Shown here piece by piece: positions 25,234 to 39,267 of a stretch of DNA of 64,000 nucleotides. Within the stretch, counting starts at the first letter, position 1. Each line of letters opens with the position of its first letter. Source of the stretch: Octopus vulgaris (Eukaryota); NCBI GenBank assembly GCA_951406725.2, contig OX597817.1, forward strand, positions 152,396,001 to 152,460,000. The letters run 5' to 3'. Position numbers and translations under genes: made by a program. The notes under the pieces are model-generated. The model made no database searches. It was given only the letters and a program-made list of their open reading frames with translations, and was not told the DNA's origin.

Positions 25234-26819
25234 TTAAGTGATAGGGTTCTGTTCAATGATGAATTTAAATTAACTTCCTTTATTACTATCCATGTTCAAA
25301 TCCCTTTACCATGTGAAGCCATTGGATTTAAATGTATTTTCATATTATAAAATGGTTGTAAAATAGAGTGAGTTCACTTTATTTTTCAGTTAATGTTACC
25401 ATTCATTTCCCATGAATTGATAAAATAAGGAACAATTATATAATGAGGATGAGTAAATGAACCACATTCATATTGTTTACTACATTGGGTATGATCAATA
25501 AAGCCAATTATTTTTCTCCATTACGTCTACTTTGTATTTATTTCTTTAGTGAATTTAGACATTTCCATTTTGAAACTTGCTCTATATTTAAATATTCTAT
25601 CTTTGCATTTGATTGGAATACATTTATATTGATGACATACATATTTATCTAAATTACATTCAAAATGCTATATAACTTGTTTGTATCAGCTGTTCACTTC
25701 CCGTTTAATTCAGGTTTTCCAGTATGCTAATAATTGATGTTGTAAGCAATATCCTTTTGACGTAGTATATCTTAATATTCATGTATCTAAGGCAGGACAA
25801 TGGCAGAAAGAGTGTAGTGCCTGAGTAAATAACTTGGATTTAGTTACCTCTGTGTTCAAATCCCATCAAAATTGTCGTTGCTTTTCATCCCTCTAGAGTC
25901 ATCATCATCATGGTAGATTAATTATCAGATATATACTGAAGTTATTCCAATCACCTATATTTGCTTCTTAAATATTTGTGGCCTTGTTCCAATATGAGAA
26001 ATGAAAAGTCATATATTTTACTACAAATGAAGAGCTCAAGTCATGAATAAAGTTTATTATCAATCCCTTTGTTATTACATTTTTGTTTGAATACACAGTC
26101 TTTGTTTCAATAAATTTAGAGAATAATAAAGAATACATTAAAATAACTTTTCATTATTAAGCTGGTGTTTGGAACATAATTTAATATGAAATTTTGATAG
26201 AATGTTCTAATTTAGATTAATTTTAAAACAGGAAATTTGTATCATAGAGCCAGGGGTAGTTTCAGACAGGTTGGTGCTGAAACAGTTTTTAACTGAAATG
26301 ATCTACTATGAGCCTTTCTGTTCTATAAAATAAGTATCAGTTGATAAAGTCAGTGTTGGTATCAATATATTTGGTTGTATACTGGAAGGTAGGGTTCTAG
26401 CATGACCATAGTTCACCAAGTGAAACCAGTGCAAGAATAAAAGAATACTATTATAGTTATATAAAAGAATATAGTTATAGGTACTGGCTCATCACTAAGC
26501 TGTTGCTTAGCATTTCCATTGGAGATGTTAAATGATGGAATATGAAACTTTACTCAGCTTCTAATAGGACACAAGCCTATATAATCTTTCTAATCTGATC
26601 TTACTAATTTACATTCTATTTTCTTGAAAACCGAAAAATCATTTTACTTTGCCAAGATTTTCAATTTTGCCTTTCTTCATTTAACCACTCTCATACTTCT
26701 TTTATGAGTTATAATATTGCCTGATTCATCTACTTTCAACACAAATGAACATTCTTAATTTCTTTCCATTAATCCTGTTGAAATCATTGCTAATGTTATC
26801 ATGTCTGAATATTTTGCAG

Positions 26820-26898
26820 AAAACTCTCCTGTGGTATTAGCAGATTTCGAGAGCTACTACGGGCAGTCGAATCTCGTTACACCCAAAGTTTACGACAG
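26820..26898 (+). CDS. TTC7B: TTC7/TTC7B coding exon (not in ORF track)
   Basis: ttgcag/gtaata, phase 2 to 0. KLSCGISRFRELLRAVESRYTQSLRQ; compare TTC7B GVGRFRELLRAVETRTTQNLR. Confidence 0.96.
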
Positions 26899-27559
26899 GT
26901 AATATTTTGTTTAGTAATGTTATCCATTACCCTTTGTGTGTGTTTTACTTCTTTGGTAGATTTATTTCAAACTAGCACCTGATCAATTTCTTTCCTCTTA
27001 TAACCACATGGTGGAGGTCACACTTATTGATGACTATTAAACTTTGGGATGGATAAAGAACCGTTAAATAAGTATACGTCATAGACCATCATCATCATCA
27101 TCATCGTTGTCATCGTTTAATGTCCGCTTTCCGTGCTGGAATGGATTGGACGGTTTGATTGATGGCTGGTGAGCCAGAAGGCTGCACCGGGCTCCAATAG
27201 AGACATTAACATGTGTTCAACTGTAGGTATCTTCAATTTTTTTATTGTTACAGTAAGAGGGCATGCTCTATATCCTTTTCTACCACTACTATAATAGTTC
27301 CTTCTGTGTTTGAATTAGCTAGTTATGTACCTCTTAAGTTTACTTGATTCACTTTTCTGTCCTCCTGGTATTGTCTCTATTGTATATTACTTATCAAAAC
27401 TTGTACTAAACACTTTCTCCAATCCTTCCCAAAACTGTAACCCTTTGGAACTCACTCCCTAAACACATTAATAATAGAAACAACTGTTTGCCATCTTAAG
27501 AAATACCAGGATATTTACCATTCCTTCATACATCAGCTGAAGATATTTAATGATCAGCT

Positions 27560-28090
27560 GCTCTCTCCTTTCACTTGCATCCAGTTAGCATTACATGTCT
27601 GATAATACAGTGACACTTTCACAATTAACAAATACTAAGTTTGCATCTGCACATGTAGATCCTGCATTGGCCTACATAGTCACATACAGGTATTCAGAAG
27701 TTAAAATCTGGTGGCTGATGACAATGTTTAATGGATTACATTCATAACATTGCTCCAGTCTATATAAATATTCCACACTCATCACTCTTGTTTCTCTATC
27801 ATGTAACATCACATTTCTTACATATAATTCATACTGTCTGTTCTTCACACGGAGAGAAAAATCCTTTGTTGACAACATAAGTAACCATTCCAGAAACTTC
27901 TTCCACCTCTTCTTCACTCTGGCAACTAAGCTTTCACTTCACTTGCCACCACCCTCCCCTCCTACACTAATTAGATCATCTAGGTGGCATAAAATATCAG
28001 CTGTGTTTAGTAAGCCATCTGACTAGTTAATAGATTTCATTTCATTGTTACAGATAATTACCCCTGTGCATCTATCACATCTCAAGTTCT
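27560..28090 (-). mobile_element. Old RTE C-terminal fragment
   Basis: Peptide WKKFLEWLLMLSTKDFSLRVKNRQYELYVRNVMLH matches the RTE C-terminus seen in the longer copies. Confidence 0.7.
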
Positions 28091-28326
28091 CTCTCATGAT
28101 TCAAACATTAAAAAAATATAATCTATTTGTATTATGTAACATCTGTTTATTAGTTCTTGGATTACTTCAGAATTTCTTAGTATTTTCTATAAATCTCATT
28201 ATTCAAGCATTAAGATGAATAACATTATATCTATAACTTCTAATTGTTCAAATAATAGCCGTATCTATGCAATTGTATCTCTGTGTTATTACTTTTTTAG
28301 TAATTTTAAAGTTTTGTGATATTTAG

Positions 28327-28463
28327 ATTCTTTCCCGCCAGCTGGCTGAAGTTTTGTTGAGGGGTGTTTGTGAAAGAACATACCTTCAATTAGATCTCAG
28401 CTCTGAGAATTCAGAATCAAAAAGTGGAAACACAGCTGTTCCTAGAATGTATGCTGGAGATAA
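28327..28463 (+). CDS. TTC7B: TTC7/TTC7B coding exon (not in ORF track)
   Basis: tttag/gtaagt, phase 0 to 2. ILSRQLAEVLLRGVCERTY...PRMYAGD; compare TTC7B IARQLAEILLRGMCEQSY...RVYSGE. Confidence 0.95.
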
Positions 28464-29172
28464 GTAAGTAAAGCAGGAATTTTTGTGAGAATTTTTAGAA
28501 AATATTTGTTTTACGTATATATCTTTATCTCTATCTTATTTTCTATTGTTATGTTTGTGCTAATAAACTGAGAAATTAACTTATTGTAGTGGCTTGAATA
28601 CGAGGTGGGAATGTTTAGCAAATATTGGGAGGAAAAAGTGCTGTGGGCTACTGGTTGATTGTGGTTTAGTCAGAAGCAGGTTAATGAAGATTAGATATTA
28701 AGGTAATATATATGAATCAGCGATCTCTGCATGTAACATTGAATGCTGCTAAGTGAGAGTGTGGATAGCCAACTTAGACAATCTGCTTACAGGTTGGTGA
28801 TTCATATGCCATCACTAGCATGTGTTGTCTTCATATTCTTGACAGACTCAGTCCAGGTAGCTGTATAGAGATACACGAACTTAGAGAGTTTTGAACAGCT
28901 CACCACCATAAGCAGTAGCAGTTTTGGTTTTAACTTATTCTGTGAGTAATGTTTGTAGACAGGCAGATGGACTCTGACAGATTGACTTAGACAAATGGGT
29001 CCCTGACTTTATCAATAGTAATAATTTCAAACATAGACACAAGTAATAATATGTTGTGTATTTTTACAAAATATGATGGTTTAAAGGATACTTGTAACTG
29101 GCTAAGTTTAATAGCTTGTTGGCTGAGAGAAATGCTGATTCATGTCTTCACATTATTGTTGTAGTCTTGTTA

Positions 29173-30442
29173 TTAGGTTGTCAAGAAAGTTCTTGTGGAA
29201 TTTTTAATTTTGGTTTTAAATGATGTATTTCAAATTAATTTTCGTTAAATTACTTTGACTTTATATATCATTTTAGAACCCGTTTTTCGCTCTATTGAAT
29301 TGTGTTACACTTTTTCTTTTTGAATAATTAGGCCATTTTTTCTGGAATGTTGAATACAACATGGACAAAAAGCAAATTTGCACAATTTTCTTATTCCAGT
29401 TCAAGCTAGGCCAAAAAGCTGCTGAAACAGCTTGCAATATCAACGATGCGTTTGGCCCAGGAACCACTAATGAACGTACAGCACAATGGTGATTCAAGAA
29501 ATTTCATAGCGGTGATGAGAGTCTTGAAGATGGTAAGCATAGTTGTCAGACATTGGATGTTGACAACAATCAACTAAGAGCCTTAGTGGAAGCCAATCCA
29601 TGCACAACTGTTCGAGAGCTTGCTTCTGAATTAGACATAATGTATATGACAATTTTTAACCACTTGAAAGAGATTGGAAAGATAAAAATACTTTAGAAAT
29701 GGGTGCCTCACGAATTGAATGACAACCAAAAAAAACACTGTTTTGAAGTGTCATTTTCCCTTTTACGCAAAAAGAATGACCTGTTTCTCGACTGGATTGT
29801 GACTTACGATGGAAAGTGGATTCTTTACGACAACCAGCGATGCTCAGCTCAGTGGTTGGATGCTGATGAAGCTCCATGGCACTTCCTGAAGCCAAAGGTG
29901 CGCCAAAAGAAGGTCATGGTAACTGTTTGGTGGTCTGCGGCCAGTCTAATCCATCACAGCTTTTTGGATCCAGGCAAAACCATTACAGTGGAGAAGTACT
30001 GTCAGCAAATGGATGAAATGCATAAGAAACTCTGACAACAACAGCCAGCATTGGTCAATAGAAAAGGACCAATTCTTCTCCATGACAACGCTCGGCTGCA
30101 TGTTGCACAACTGACCCTGCAGAAGTTGAACGAATTGAGCTATGAAACTCTGCCTCATCCGCTATACTCACCAGACCTCTCACCTACCGATTACTACTTT
30201 TTCAAGCATCTTGACAACTTCCTGCATGAGAAATGCTTCAAAAACCAAGACAATGCCAAACACGCCTTCAACGACTTCATCGCCACCAGAACACAGGATT
30301 TTAACGCTACTGGCATAAATAAACTTGTTTTGTGTGTTGATTCTGATGGTGTTTATTTTGATTAATAAAGTTTTGTTTAAGCTGAGATATGTGCATCTGA
30401 ATTTAAAGGTTAAAAACTGCAAGAACTTTCTTGACGACCTAA
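29173..30442 (+). mobile_element. Full-length decayed mariner (DD34D, Hsmar1/cecropia-like)
   Basis: TA TSDs; TIRs ttaggttgtcaagaaagttcttg / caagaactttcttgacgacctaa. Transposase 29361-30365 has WVPHEL, HDNARLH and YSPDLSPTDY, with several in-frame stops. Confidence 0.96.
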
Positions 30443-31069
30443 TATTTATGGCCAGTCACCTAAATTTCATTGATTTGTCCAATTTCATTTGTAAAGAGGC
30501 ACCATGTGGAACTAAAGCATACTGTTGTAAGCAGCAGTAGAACTGTGTGAATAATGAATGTTTTCCTAGCTTACAATATTTGGTTCAAATCTTTCAAGGC
30601 TTGACATCAGACTGACTTGTTTCATATACACTATATGGAACTGATGTTTTAAACTGTATTCCTATTGATGCAAATTGCTGATAAAAAAAAGTACTAGTTA
30701 AGTACTGGGGTCAACATAATTGACAGTGCACTTCCCGTAAATTCGAGACTTTGTACCTCTGTAAGAAACCAATATTTTGCTGCAAGCATTCAGACATTTA
30801 CAATTGTGTGTCATCATCATTTTAACATTCACTTTTCCATTCTCTTATGAGCCAGATGGAATTTGTTGAGGTAGATTTTCTACAGCTTGATGCCCTTCTT
30901 GTTACCAACCCTCACCTATTTCCAAGAAAGGTTATGTTTCCCCCTGACCAGACATATTTTCATGGAAGACTGGAAACAAAGGACACTTATTTACAAATAT
31001 CACTTGTAGCCAAGGCAAGAAAACAGCAAAACACAAACATGTGCGTGCGTGTGTAGATATTGTCTTCAT

Positions 31070-31430
31070 CATAAACATCATTATCATTTAACATCTGTTT
31101 TCCATGCTGGCATGGGTTGGATGGTTTGACAAGAGCTGGCAAGCCAGAGGGCTGTACCAAGCTTTTTTGTCTGTTTTGGCATGGTTTCTATGGCTGGATG
31201 TCCTTCCTAATGCCAACCACTTTACAGAGTGTATTGGATGCTATTTTTGTGGCACCAGCACTGATGGGTTTACCAAGTAACTTGCAAGACTGAATAGAAG
31301 TCTCTTTGACAACGGAGAGTAGTATTGAGGGAGGTGGCTTTGTGCCAGTTGATGTGAGGTTAAAAAGAATAATTGAGGGATAGAGATAGGTGTCTTGTTG
31401 TAGAAGAGATACAAGGATACCCCAGTTAGA
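31070..31430 (-). mobile_element. RTE 3'-end fragment
   Basis: Conserved tail motifs as in the other copies; a related diverged tail lies at 30811-30990. Confidence 0.7.
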
Positions 31431-32690
31431 GGAGAAAGAAAAGCAAGAGAAACTTGGAGAAAAAGCTAGAGATAGGGAAAGATTGTGGTGGATATATGTC
31501 AGGATATACCCTCAAAGTACAGTGGAGGTGGAGTGAATATAGGTGATGTGATATAGAGGATTGGACTGTGTGAGTGGGCAGAGGTGAGAGAGGGGAAAGT
31601 TTTGTAAGAATGTGAGGAGAGATGGTTAGATGGGATAGAGGAGACTGAAGTAATTGAAAGTCAGAGATATAGGAATGGAAGGGTTATGTTAGATATATGA
31701 GGGCATTAGGAGTGATAGATAGTAGATAAAAGAAATGTTAAGGATGGAGTACAGCAGAGAAGAGAGAGCATGGCTGGAGGAATATAATGTGGAATGGAAG
31801 TGGTTCTGGGGTGGGGGAGGAAAGAGAAAGGTAACCAAAAGGTTGCATTTTGACTCAGTATAATGGTGAATGGAAGTGGGTGTGATGTTCATGCCCGCCC
31901 CAAGAACATTAGTTATGTAAGTGAATTAGTTTCTATTGGGTATTGAAGCCAAACAGCTTTCTTCACATATTTGGTACTTAACTCTTACTCTATGGCACTT
32001 GCTTCATAAGAATCATATTAATATTACAGAAGGTGGTGAGTTGGCAGAATTGTCACTGCATCAGAAAAAAATGATCAGCAGCATTTAAAAAAATTTTATG
32101 TTCTGAGTTCAAATTCCAACGAGGTTGATTTTGCCTTTCATCTTTTCAGGGTTGATAAAATAAGTACCAGTTGAACACGGGGTTGATGTAATTGACTTAC
32201 CTTCTCCTCCAAAACTGTTGGCCTTGTGCCAAAATTTGAAACCGGTTTTACAGTTTATTGGTGCATTATAGCTGAATGATTTAGAGGGTTGCTTCACAAT
32301 TATGAGGTTCTGAGTGCCACTGTATAGCATCTTGAGCAAATGTAATTTTTTATAGCTTTGGTTTGACCCATATCTTGTGAGTGAAATAGGGTTGACAGAA
32401 ACTGTATAGAAGTTTGTTGGATGGATTGTATTCGGAATTCAGAAGGTACAGCCTTGTTACAAGCTATGTTTGAGTGATTCTGCCTAAGAATTACACTAAG
32501 GATACATATATCTGTGGAATACTCAGCCACTGAAATGTTAATTTAGGAGCAGATAATTCAGTTAACTGAACAACTGAATCTTCATTGTAGAACAGAGGGA
32601 GAACTATCTGTCCACAGTAACAGAAAACTACTTATTAACTGGGGAAGAGTAAAGGTGATTAATTTGACTGTTCTATATGACTGTTCTATA

Positions 32691-33093
32691 GGCGCAGGAG
32701 TGGCTGTGTGGTAAGTAGCTTGTTAACCAACCACATGGTTCCGGGTTCAGTCCCACTGCGTGGCACCTTGAGCAAGTGTCTTCTACTATAGCTTCGGGCC
32801 AACCAAAGCCTTGTGAGTGGATTTAGTAGACGGAAACTGAAAGAAGCCCGTCTTATATATGTATATATGCGTTTGTGTGTCTGTGTTTGTCCCCCTAGCA
32901 TTGCTTGACAACCGATGCTGGTGTGTTTATGTCCCCGTTACTTAGCGGTTCGGCAAAAGAGACCGATAGAATAAGTACTGGGCTTACAAAAAGAATAAGT
33001 CCCGGGGTCGAGTTGCTCGATTAAAGGCGGTGCTCCAGCATGGCCGCAGTCAAATGACTGAAACAAGTAAAAGAGTAAAAGAGTAAAAGAGTA
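32691..33093 (+). mobile_element. Full-length tRNA-derived SINE, family B
   Basis: A-box-like tggctgtgtggt, B-box-like ggttcagtcc, CORE-like caccttgagcaagtgtctt, and (AAAAGAGT)n tail. Reverse copy at 52421-52827; fragments near 7590, 13212, 44640, 44845, 45880, 49540. Confidence 0.85.
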
Positions 33094-33516
33094 CTTATTT
33101 TATTGAACCTGATGGGAAGCAAAGTCACGGGAAGTGATATAACTAAATACTGTAAGGCTTTAGTTGAATACTGTCTTTTCTGCTAATTCATAACCCTAAG
33201 GACTTTATTAATATGGAAAAACAAATGTAGAGGCAGTGAAAAAACAAAATGCTTCCTAAGAGGCAATAACGTTTTAGGATTGCGAAAACAAGAAGATATT
33301 TCTTAAATAAACATGAACTCTGTAATCTCTGACAAATTGAGTTGAATGTCTCTTTAAGACATGTACTACGTTGATTAATTGTTGCACTTATCTAAAATGT
33401 TTGCCAAAAATTTTGGACTATACTAACTAATACACACATTACACACATAGATACAAACATGTAAGCAAATAATCACAGTCTATTTTAATCTCAGAAGTAT
33501 TTCTCTTTAATTATAG

Positions 33517-33580
33517 GCTATTTACACCAGCAAATGAGAATGAGGAAGCCCTTTTGTTACTTCTTATTGCTGAAGCTATT
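33517..33580 (+). CDS. TTC7B: TTC7/TTC7B coding exon (not in ORF track)
   Basis: tatag/gtaagt, phase 2 to 0. LFTPANENEEALLLLLIAEAI; compare TTC7B IFCPQENTEEALLLLLISESM. Confidence 0.95.
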
Positions 33581-33884
33581 GTAAGTAATTGCTTACTATT
33601 TATTTTAAATTTGCTGTATAAGCCAAACACTTGTTGCTTACCATTTACCTGAGTGCGCAGCAGTTACTGTGCTTCTCTTAACAAATGGATTCTTTCTCTT
33701 ATTATCAAAAATAGATTGTGTATATTACGTGTGTTATAAATATGATGTTCTATGTCTGTGATAACTTTACAATGAATTCTTTCTTTTTTTTTATCAAAGT
33801 TGGATTTATATATATGTCATAAATATGATAATCTGTGGTTATGAAACTTGACTTGTGAAGAGATGACAGTGTGTGGTCTATAGG

Positions 33885-34190
33885 AGTGAAGGTAGATGGC
33901 CTGTAGTGGCTAGACAGACTGTATAGTATATATGTAAATAATGTAGTGTTATATGACAGTACACATAAAGGGCATGTAGTGACTGTATGGTGTGTGTGTG
34001 TTTGTGTGTGTGTGAGTGAATAAAAATGTGTAGAGAATATGTAGCGACTGGGGAAACTGTATGTTGTTTATGTCTGGTGTGTTGTTATATAGTAGAGTAG
34101 ACAGAAGACCTGCAGTGACGGGAGAGACTGTGTGGTATGGCAGTGAGTGTAGAGGTTCTGTAGTAACTGGAGAGACTGTAGAGTGTATAT
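33885..34190. repeat. Degenerate minisatellite
   Basis: About 5 copies of a gtagagg.cctgtagtgactggagagactgta-like core with variable spacers. Confidence 0.6.
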
Positions 34191-35372
34191 GTCAGAATTG
34201 TTGCTGTGTTGCTCTAGATCAGCCTTGATTGATCAGATTGCATGCAGGTAGTTGCTGAACGATGGGACATGACCTACATCTTCAAAGTTATATGAATTTT
34301 CCCTGTTATATGGATCTTTCCAGGTTATACCATGTCTCCACCTAACTGAGAGTCATACTACACACTCCAACATTTAGTATGGGGTGCACCACAACAGTCT
34401 CTCTGCTCCTGTCTATTCCCATCCACTTGTAGATCCTGATGGTGACCATAGTGGAAGCGGGCATGGTGGACATGGTCAGAATGCAACAGTTAGTGTTATT
34501 CTGCACTTATTGGTGGTGTGCATCCCAGTTGAGTTATTGATGTTGCAATTATTTCTGTGTGGGTGTGTTCCTTATGCTTGTCTGGGCTTAGTGGGAGAAA
34601 TAGTTTCTTGGATGTTGTTGTATTAGTGCTCTGGTGCTCTGGAGTGTTGCATATGTGTATACATATATACATACCGACACACCTGTGTGTGTATGTATGT
34701 AAATATACGTGTGTGTGTATACATACATACATACATATGTACGTACATACATACATACATACATACATACATACATACATACATACATACATACACACAT
34801 ACATATGTATGCATATCTATATGTATGTGCAAACCATAGAAAATCAGGTAGGTGATTTCTCTAGCCAATGTTTTGTGTGTTGTTTATTAAAACTAGTGTT
34901 GAGTGTTTTTGTATGAATAAATGGTAGAGAATGGTAGTTAAAATGGTTTCTGCAGGAGCTGTCATATATTTTTTGGAGTGAGGTTTGTAAGTAAAGTGGT
35001 GATTTGGGGTAGTCTGAATGTGTGTTATGATTTGGAGAGGGTGATAAATGGATCAAAATGTCAAATATCAGAGTTTCAGGAATGTTAGAGAATATGCTTT
35101 GGAGGGGGATAGGTCTGTATGATGTTGCTTCGCTTTAAAATTGTTATAATTTTGCCCTGCTTTCAGATTTTGGGAATTTGGCAAAGTTAGGTGTAAGTAA
35201 ATGTAAACATCGGTTACATGCTGTTGTATGGTAGAATAAATAGGTAATGTGTAGTGGTTGAAGAGATTGTTTGGTGAAAATACAAGTTGTGTAAGGTATG
35301 GGCATTGAAAGTAGAATGTTTGTAGTGACTGTTGATACTATGTATCAGTGGTGTGATGCTGCATGTATTGAA

Positions 35373-35990
35373 ATCATCATCATCGTCAACATTTAATGTC
35401 TGTTTTCCATGCTGGCATGGGTTGGATGACTTGACAGGAACTGTCAAGGCCAGGGATTGCACCAGGTTCCATAGTCTGTTTTGGCTTGGTTTCTATGGCT
35501 GGATGCCCTTCCTAATGCCAACCACTTTACAGTGTTCTGGGTGTGTTTTTACATGGCACCAGCACCCACACCAATGCTTTTTACATAGCACTTTGGTTTT
35601 AGCATCTCAATTCTGTTGTGCTGGGTGGGTCTTGTTAAGTACAGCGATGTGCCACATATCTTGGTCCTCTGTTATATCCTTCATAAGGCTCAACATTTTG
35701 AGGCCGGCCTTCAATATTTCATCCTATGTCTTCCTGGGTTCTCTCTTCCACAACTTCCTTCCTCTTTAAGTGATCGGCATTTCTTTATGCAACTGTCCTC
35801 ATCTATCTGCATCACATGACCAAACCAGCATAATCTCCTCTCTTGCACACTGCATATAATTCCTCTTATGCCTCTCTTCTCTCTCACTGACATCACACAT
35901 CCACAGAACACACTAGCTTCATTCCTATCCAGCCTTTGCACATTCTCTGCATTCAGGGCCCATGTCTCACTATCATCCAGCTGTCACAGG
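35373..35990 (-). mobile_element. RTE 3' fragment with ORF C-terminus
   Basis: MQRLDRNEAS..VQERRLCWFGHVMQ..EGSCGR plus the 3' tail. Confidence 0.85.
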
Positions 35991-36531
35991 GCATATGGCA
36001 GTCCTGGATTTTGACTGTAAGAAAAAAACTAGTTGAGTATGATCAAATGAATATGCAGTGTAAAGTTGAAAGCTAGGTGAAACTCAAATGAATTTAAAAA
36101 AAAGAAAGATATATACATACATACATATATATAAGCTCCCATCCTCCATCAGACAACAGATGTTTGTTTTCATAATGACATGTATTTTAATGGCGATTTA
36201 ATCCGCCACATGGTAGATGTGAGAAAAATCCATAAACTAAATGAAGTAGAAATAGACAGAGGACAACTTGAAGTGAAGTAGCTGGGGGATGGTTTAAGAA
36301 AGCCACACTTCCAAAATATGATAAAAGAATAAGAAATTATGAGAGAAGTAAGATTCTATATTGCTTTTACTGTTCAGCATATTGTAGCATGGCAAAAAGA
36401 TACATTAAATCAATGAAGTTCACAGTGATGTATATGTATATACTTTGAAGGCAGTCTGCTAAGTCTCAATGTAGAGCATTTATACAACAACAACAACAGC
36501 AGTAGCAGCAGCAGCAGTAACAACAACAGCA

Positions 36532-36562
<31 letters not shown>

Positions 36563-36768
36563 TTACTTCAAATTTTGGCACAGGATCAGCAATTTCAGGG
36601 GGGTGGGTAAATTGATTATATCAACCCCAACTAGCGCTTATTTTATCAACCCCGAAAGGATGAAAGGCAAAGTTGACCCCAACGGAATTTGAACTCAGAA
36701 TGTGAAGATAGATGAAATGCTGCTAAGCATTTTGCCTGGTGTGTTAACGATTCAGCCAGCTTGCCACT

Positions 36769-36848
<80 letters not shown>

Positions 36849-39023
36849 AATAAATAAATAAATGCATTGATAATAGAAAATGGAGTAGTAAATGTACATA
36901 AAGAGATTAATACATTAAAAAAATAAACGAAATAATGCAGTTGGGAATTTTTGTTGGAATTGACAATGTATAGTGTTTCTCTTGAGTGCTTTAATGAAAT
37001 GATTATGGATTGACAAGTATTTGTCCATGAAGGGCATTTAGCCATAAAAGCTTACTGTACACCATATGTTATGGACCTCTTTTCCCTGGCGATAAATGTA
37101 GCCTTGAAGCACATCTAACTCATACGTGCATGGAAAAACAGTGGTTAAATGGGAATGACAATGTTGGTGTTGATTTTGCTGATTCTTTTTGCTGTAACTC
37201 CATAAAATTTACATTAGTATTGTCTTTATTTGCCGTCACTGAACCTCCCCATATTATCTTAATACTTATCATGATTCCATAATGGAACAGGGCATTAAGT
37301 TTCTCCTCTTATTACATGGTTAACCTCTGGTCTCAAAATGATGTTTGTTGTAATATTTCTATGCAAAATGAAGAACACTTGTGCATATGGTTTAGCTGGC
37401 TGCTTTGTTTATTCTCCTGCCATGTGGTACTGATGTTCTAAATCTTGTTATTATAATAATCATCATCATCATCATCCTAGTCTTTATTGTTGTCATCAAA
37501 TATATTTTCTATGATTGTAAACAACTGTGATAATTTGTATCAAGCCACAAATAAAACCATACCAAATGTATTGAGTGTTGATGAAGCGTGGAAGAGTATA
37601 TATAAAAGATATGGTAATATTATCTATAAGAGGGAACAGATGTTTCATCCATATAAGCTGTCCCAAAAGCCTAATTTCATTATTACAGAAGAAAAAAAAG
37701 CCTACAAAAATGAAAATAAATAATAAAATACAAAGTCTCCAGCATTATGATATTTAGATCTTTACCTATTTCACCTTCCCTGTAAATCTGTGGCCTGTTG
37801 GCCTGTTAAAAGAAATCAAGTGCAATCTTAGTGAATATGTGAACTAAATAATCTTCCCTCCAGTATGAAAATGAAGAGAAATCTGGTCCTTCCACTTGTT
37901 CATGAAATGTTCTACATATGTACGAGCAGTTTCACATGTACCTGAAGTGTTCCACATGAGTATGGAATTCACTGCACTGTGCAAAATACTCTCCTTTCCT
38001 TTTGTACTGTTGTTATTCTTACAATACACTCACTTCCCAAACTTGAACCCCCCCCCTCCGAAGCCCTGAATATGTAGTATGTTATGGTATAATGGTGCAG
38101 GCTATCCAGCAGATGTGACCTGATGTTTTTAGTAACTGCTTGTGTGGGTGTGTATTTTTTGAGGTGGTTGTGACTAATATTTCAATGTTTTTTGTAAACC
38201 CTTCTCCGTGTTTACTGAAAGCCGTCTCAAATGAAAGCTGTCTAGTGAATAGTGTGTCAAAATAATAAAACAGGCTGTATTTGTAGAGAAACTCTTCATT
38301 CTTGTCATCACTCTAAATACTAGCAAATAAAGAAAGCAATTGAAAAAGCAAGATATATTTTATGTTGCTTTCACTAAGAGGTAGATGCAAATATAAATGA
38401 CCTATATGACCTATATAAATGCATATATCTGGTGAGATTGGAAATAGAATTTCCACTCCGAGAAAGTAATTTATTTTATGATTAACTTCATTATCATCAT
38501 CATCGTCATCATCATCTAATGTCTACTTTCTGTGCTGACATGGGTCAGATTGTTTGACTGGAACTGGAAAGCTGGAGAGCTGCACCAGGTTTCAGTCTGA
38601 TTTAGCATGGTTTCTATGGCTGGATGCCTTTCCTAACACTCTGTTTATCTAAATAAAATAATAATTTCTCCTCTTGATAATCTGGTAAAATTCTAAATTG
38701 TCTTATATTAATTTTATGTTAATTTACTGTAACTGAAAGCATTTCTGAAAACTTACATTTGAGTTTTTAAGAGTAACTATTATTTTACACCTGGATGTCC
38801 TTTCTTACAAATGTCAATACAAGAGTGAAGTGAAACTGGTGGTACCTGTTCTTTATTAGATAAGGTGATGCAGAATCACACATCTTATCTAGAGTGTCAT
38901 ATGATGACTGCTGGAATGCTTGAACTCCCTGACTTTGTGTTAGTATTGTATAATACTTTGTATTAGTATTAGTATTGTATACCCTTGCGCTCTTTATTAC
39001 AATGCTGGTATTCTGTCTTAACC

Positions 39024-39254
39024 TATTTCTTTACTACCCACAAGGGGCTAAACATAGAGAGGACAAACAAGGACAGACAAACGGATTAAGTCGATTATAT
39101 CGACCCCAGTGTGTAACTGGTACTTATTTAATCGACCCCGAAAGGATGAAAGTAAAGTCGACCTCGGCGGAATTTGAACTCAGAATGTAGCGGCAGACGA
39201 AATACCGCTGATTATTTCGCCCAGCGTGCTAACGATTCTGCCAGCTCGCCACCT
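39024..39254 (-). mobile_element. Young family A SINE with 15-bp TSD
   Basis: TSD tattctgtcttaacc at 39009-39023 and 39255-39269; CpGs are retained. Confidence 0.9.
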
Positions 39255-39267
39255 TATTCTGTCTTAA

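Noticed and set aside
34830-35370. G/T-skewed stretch, possibly an old LINE 3' region (similar skew at 15170-15480 and 31440-31890)
   Set aside because: No diagnostic motif could be read; left unannotated.
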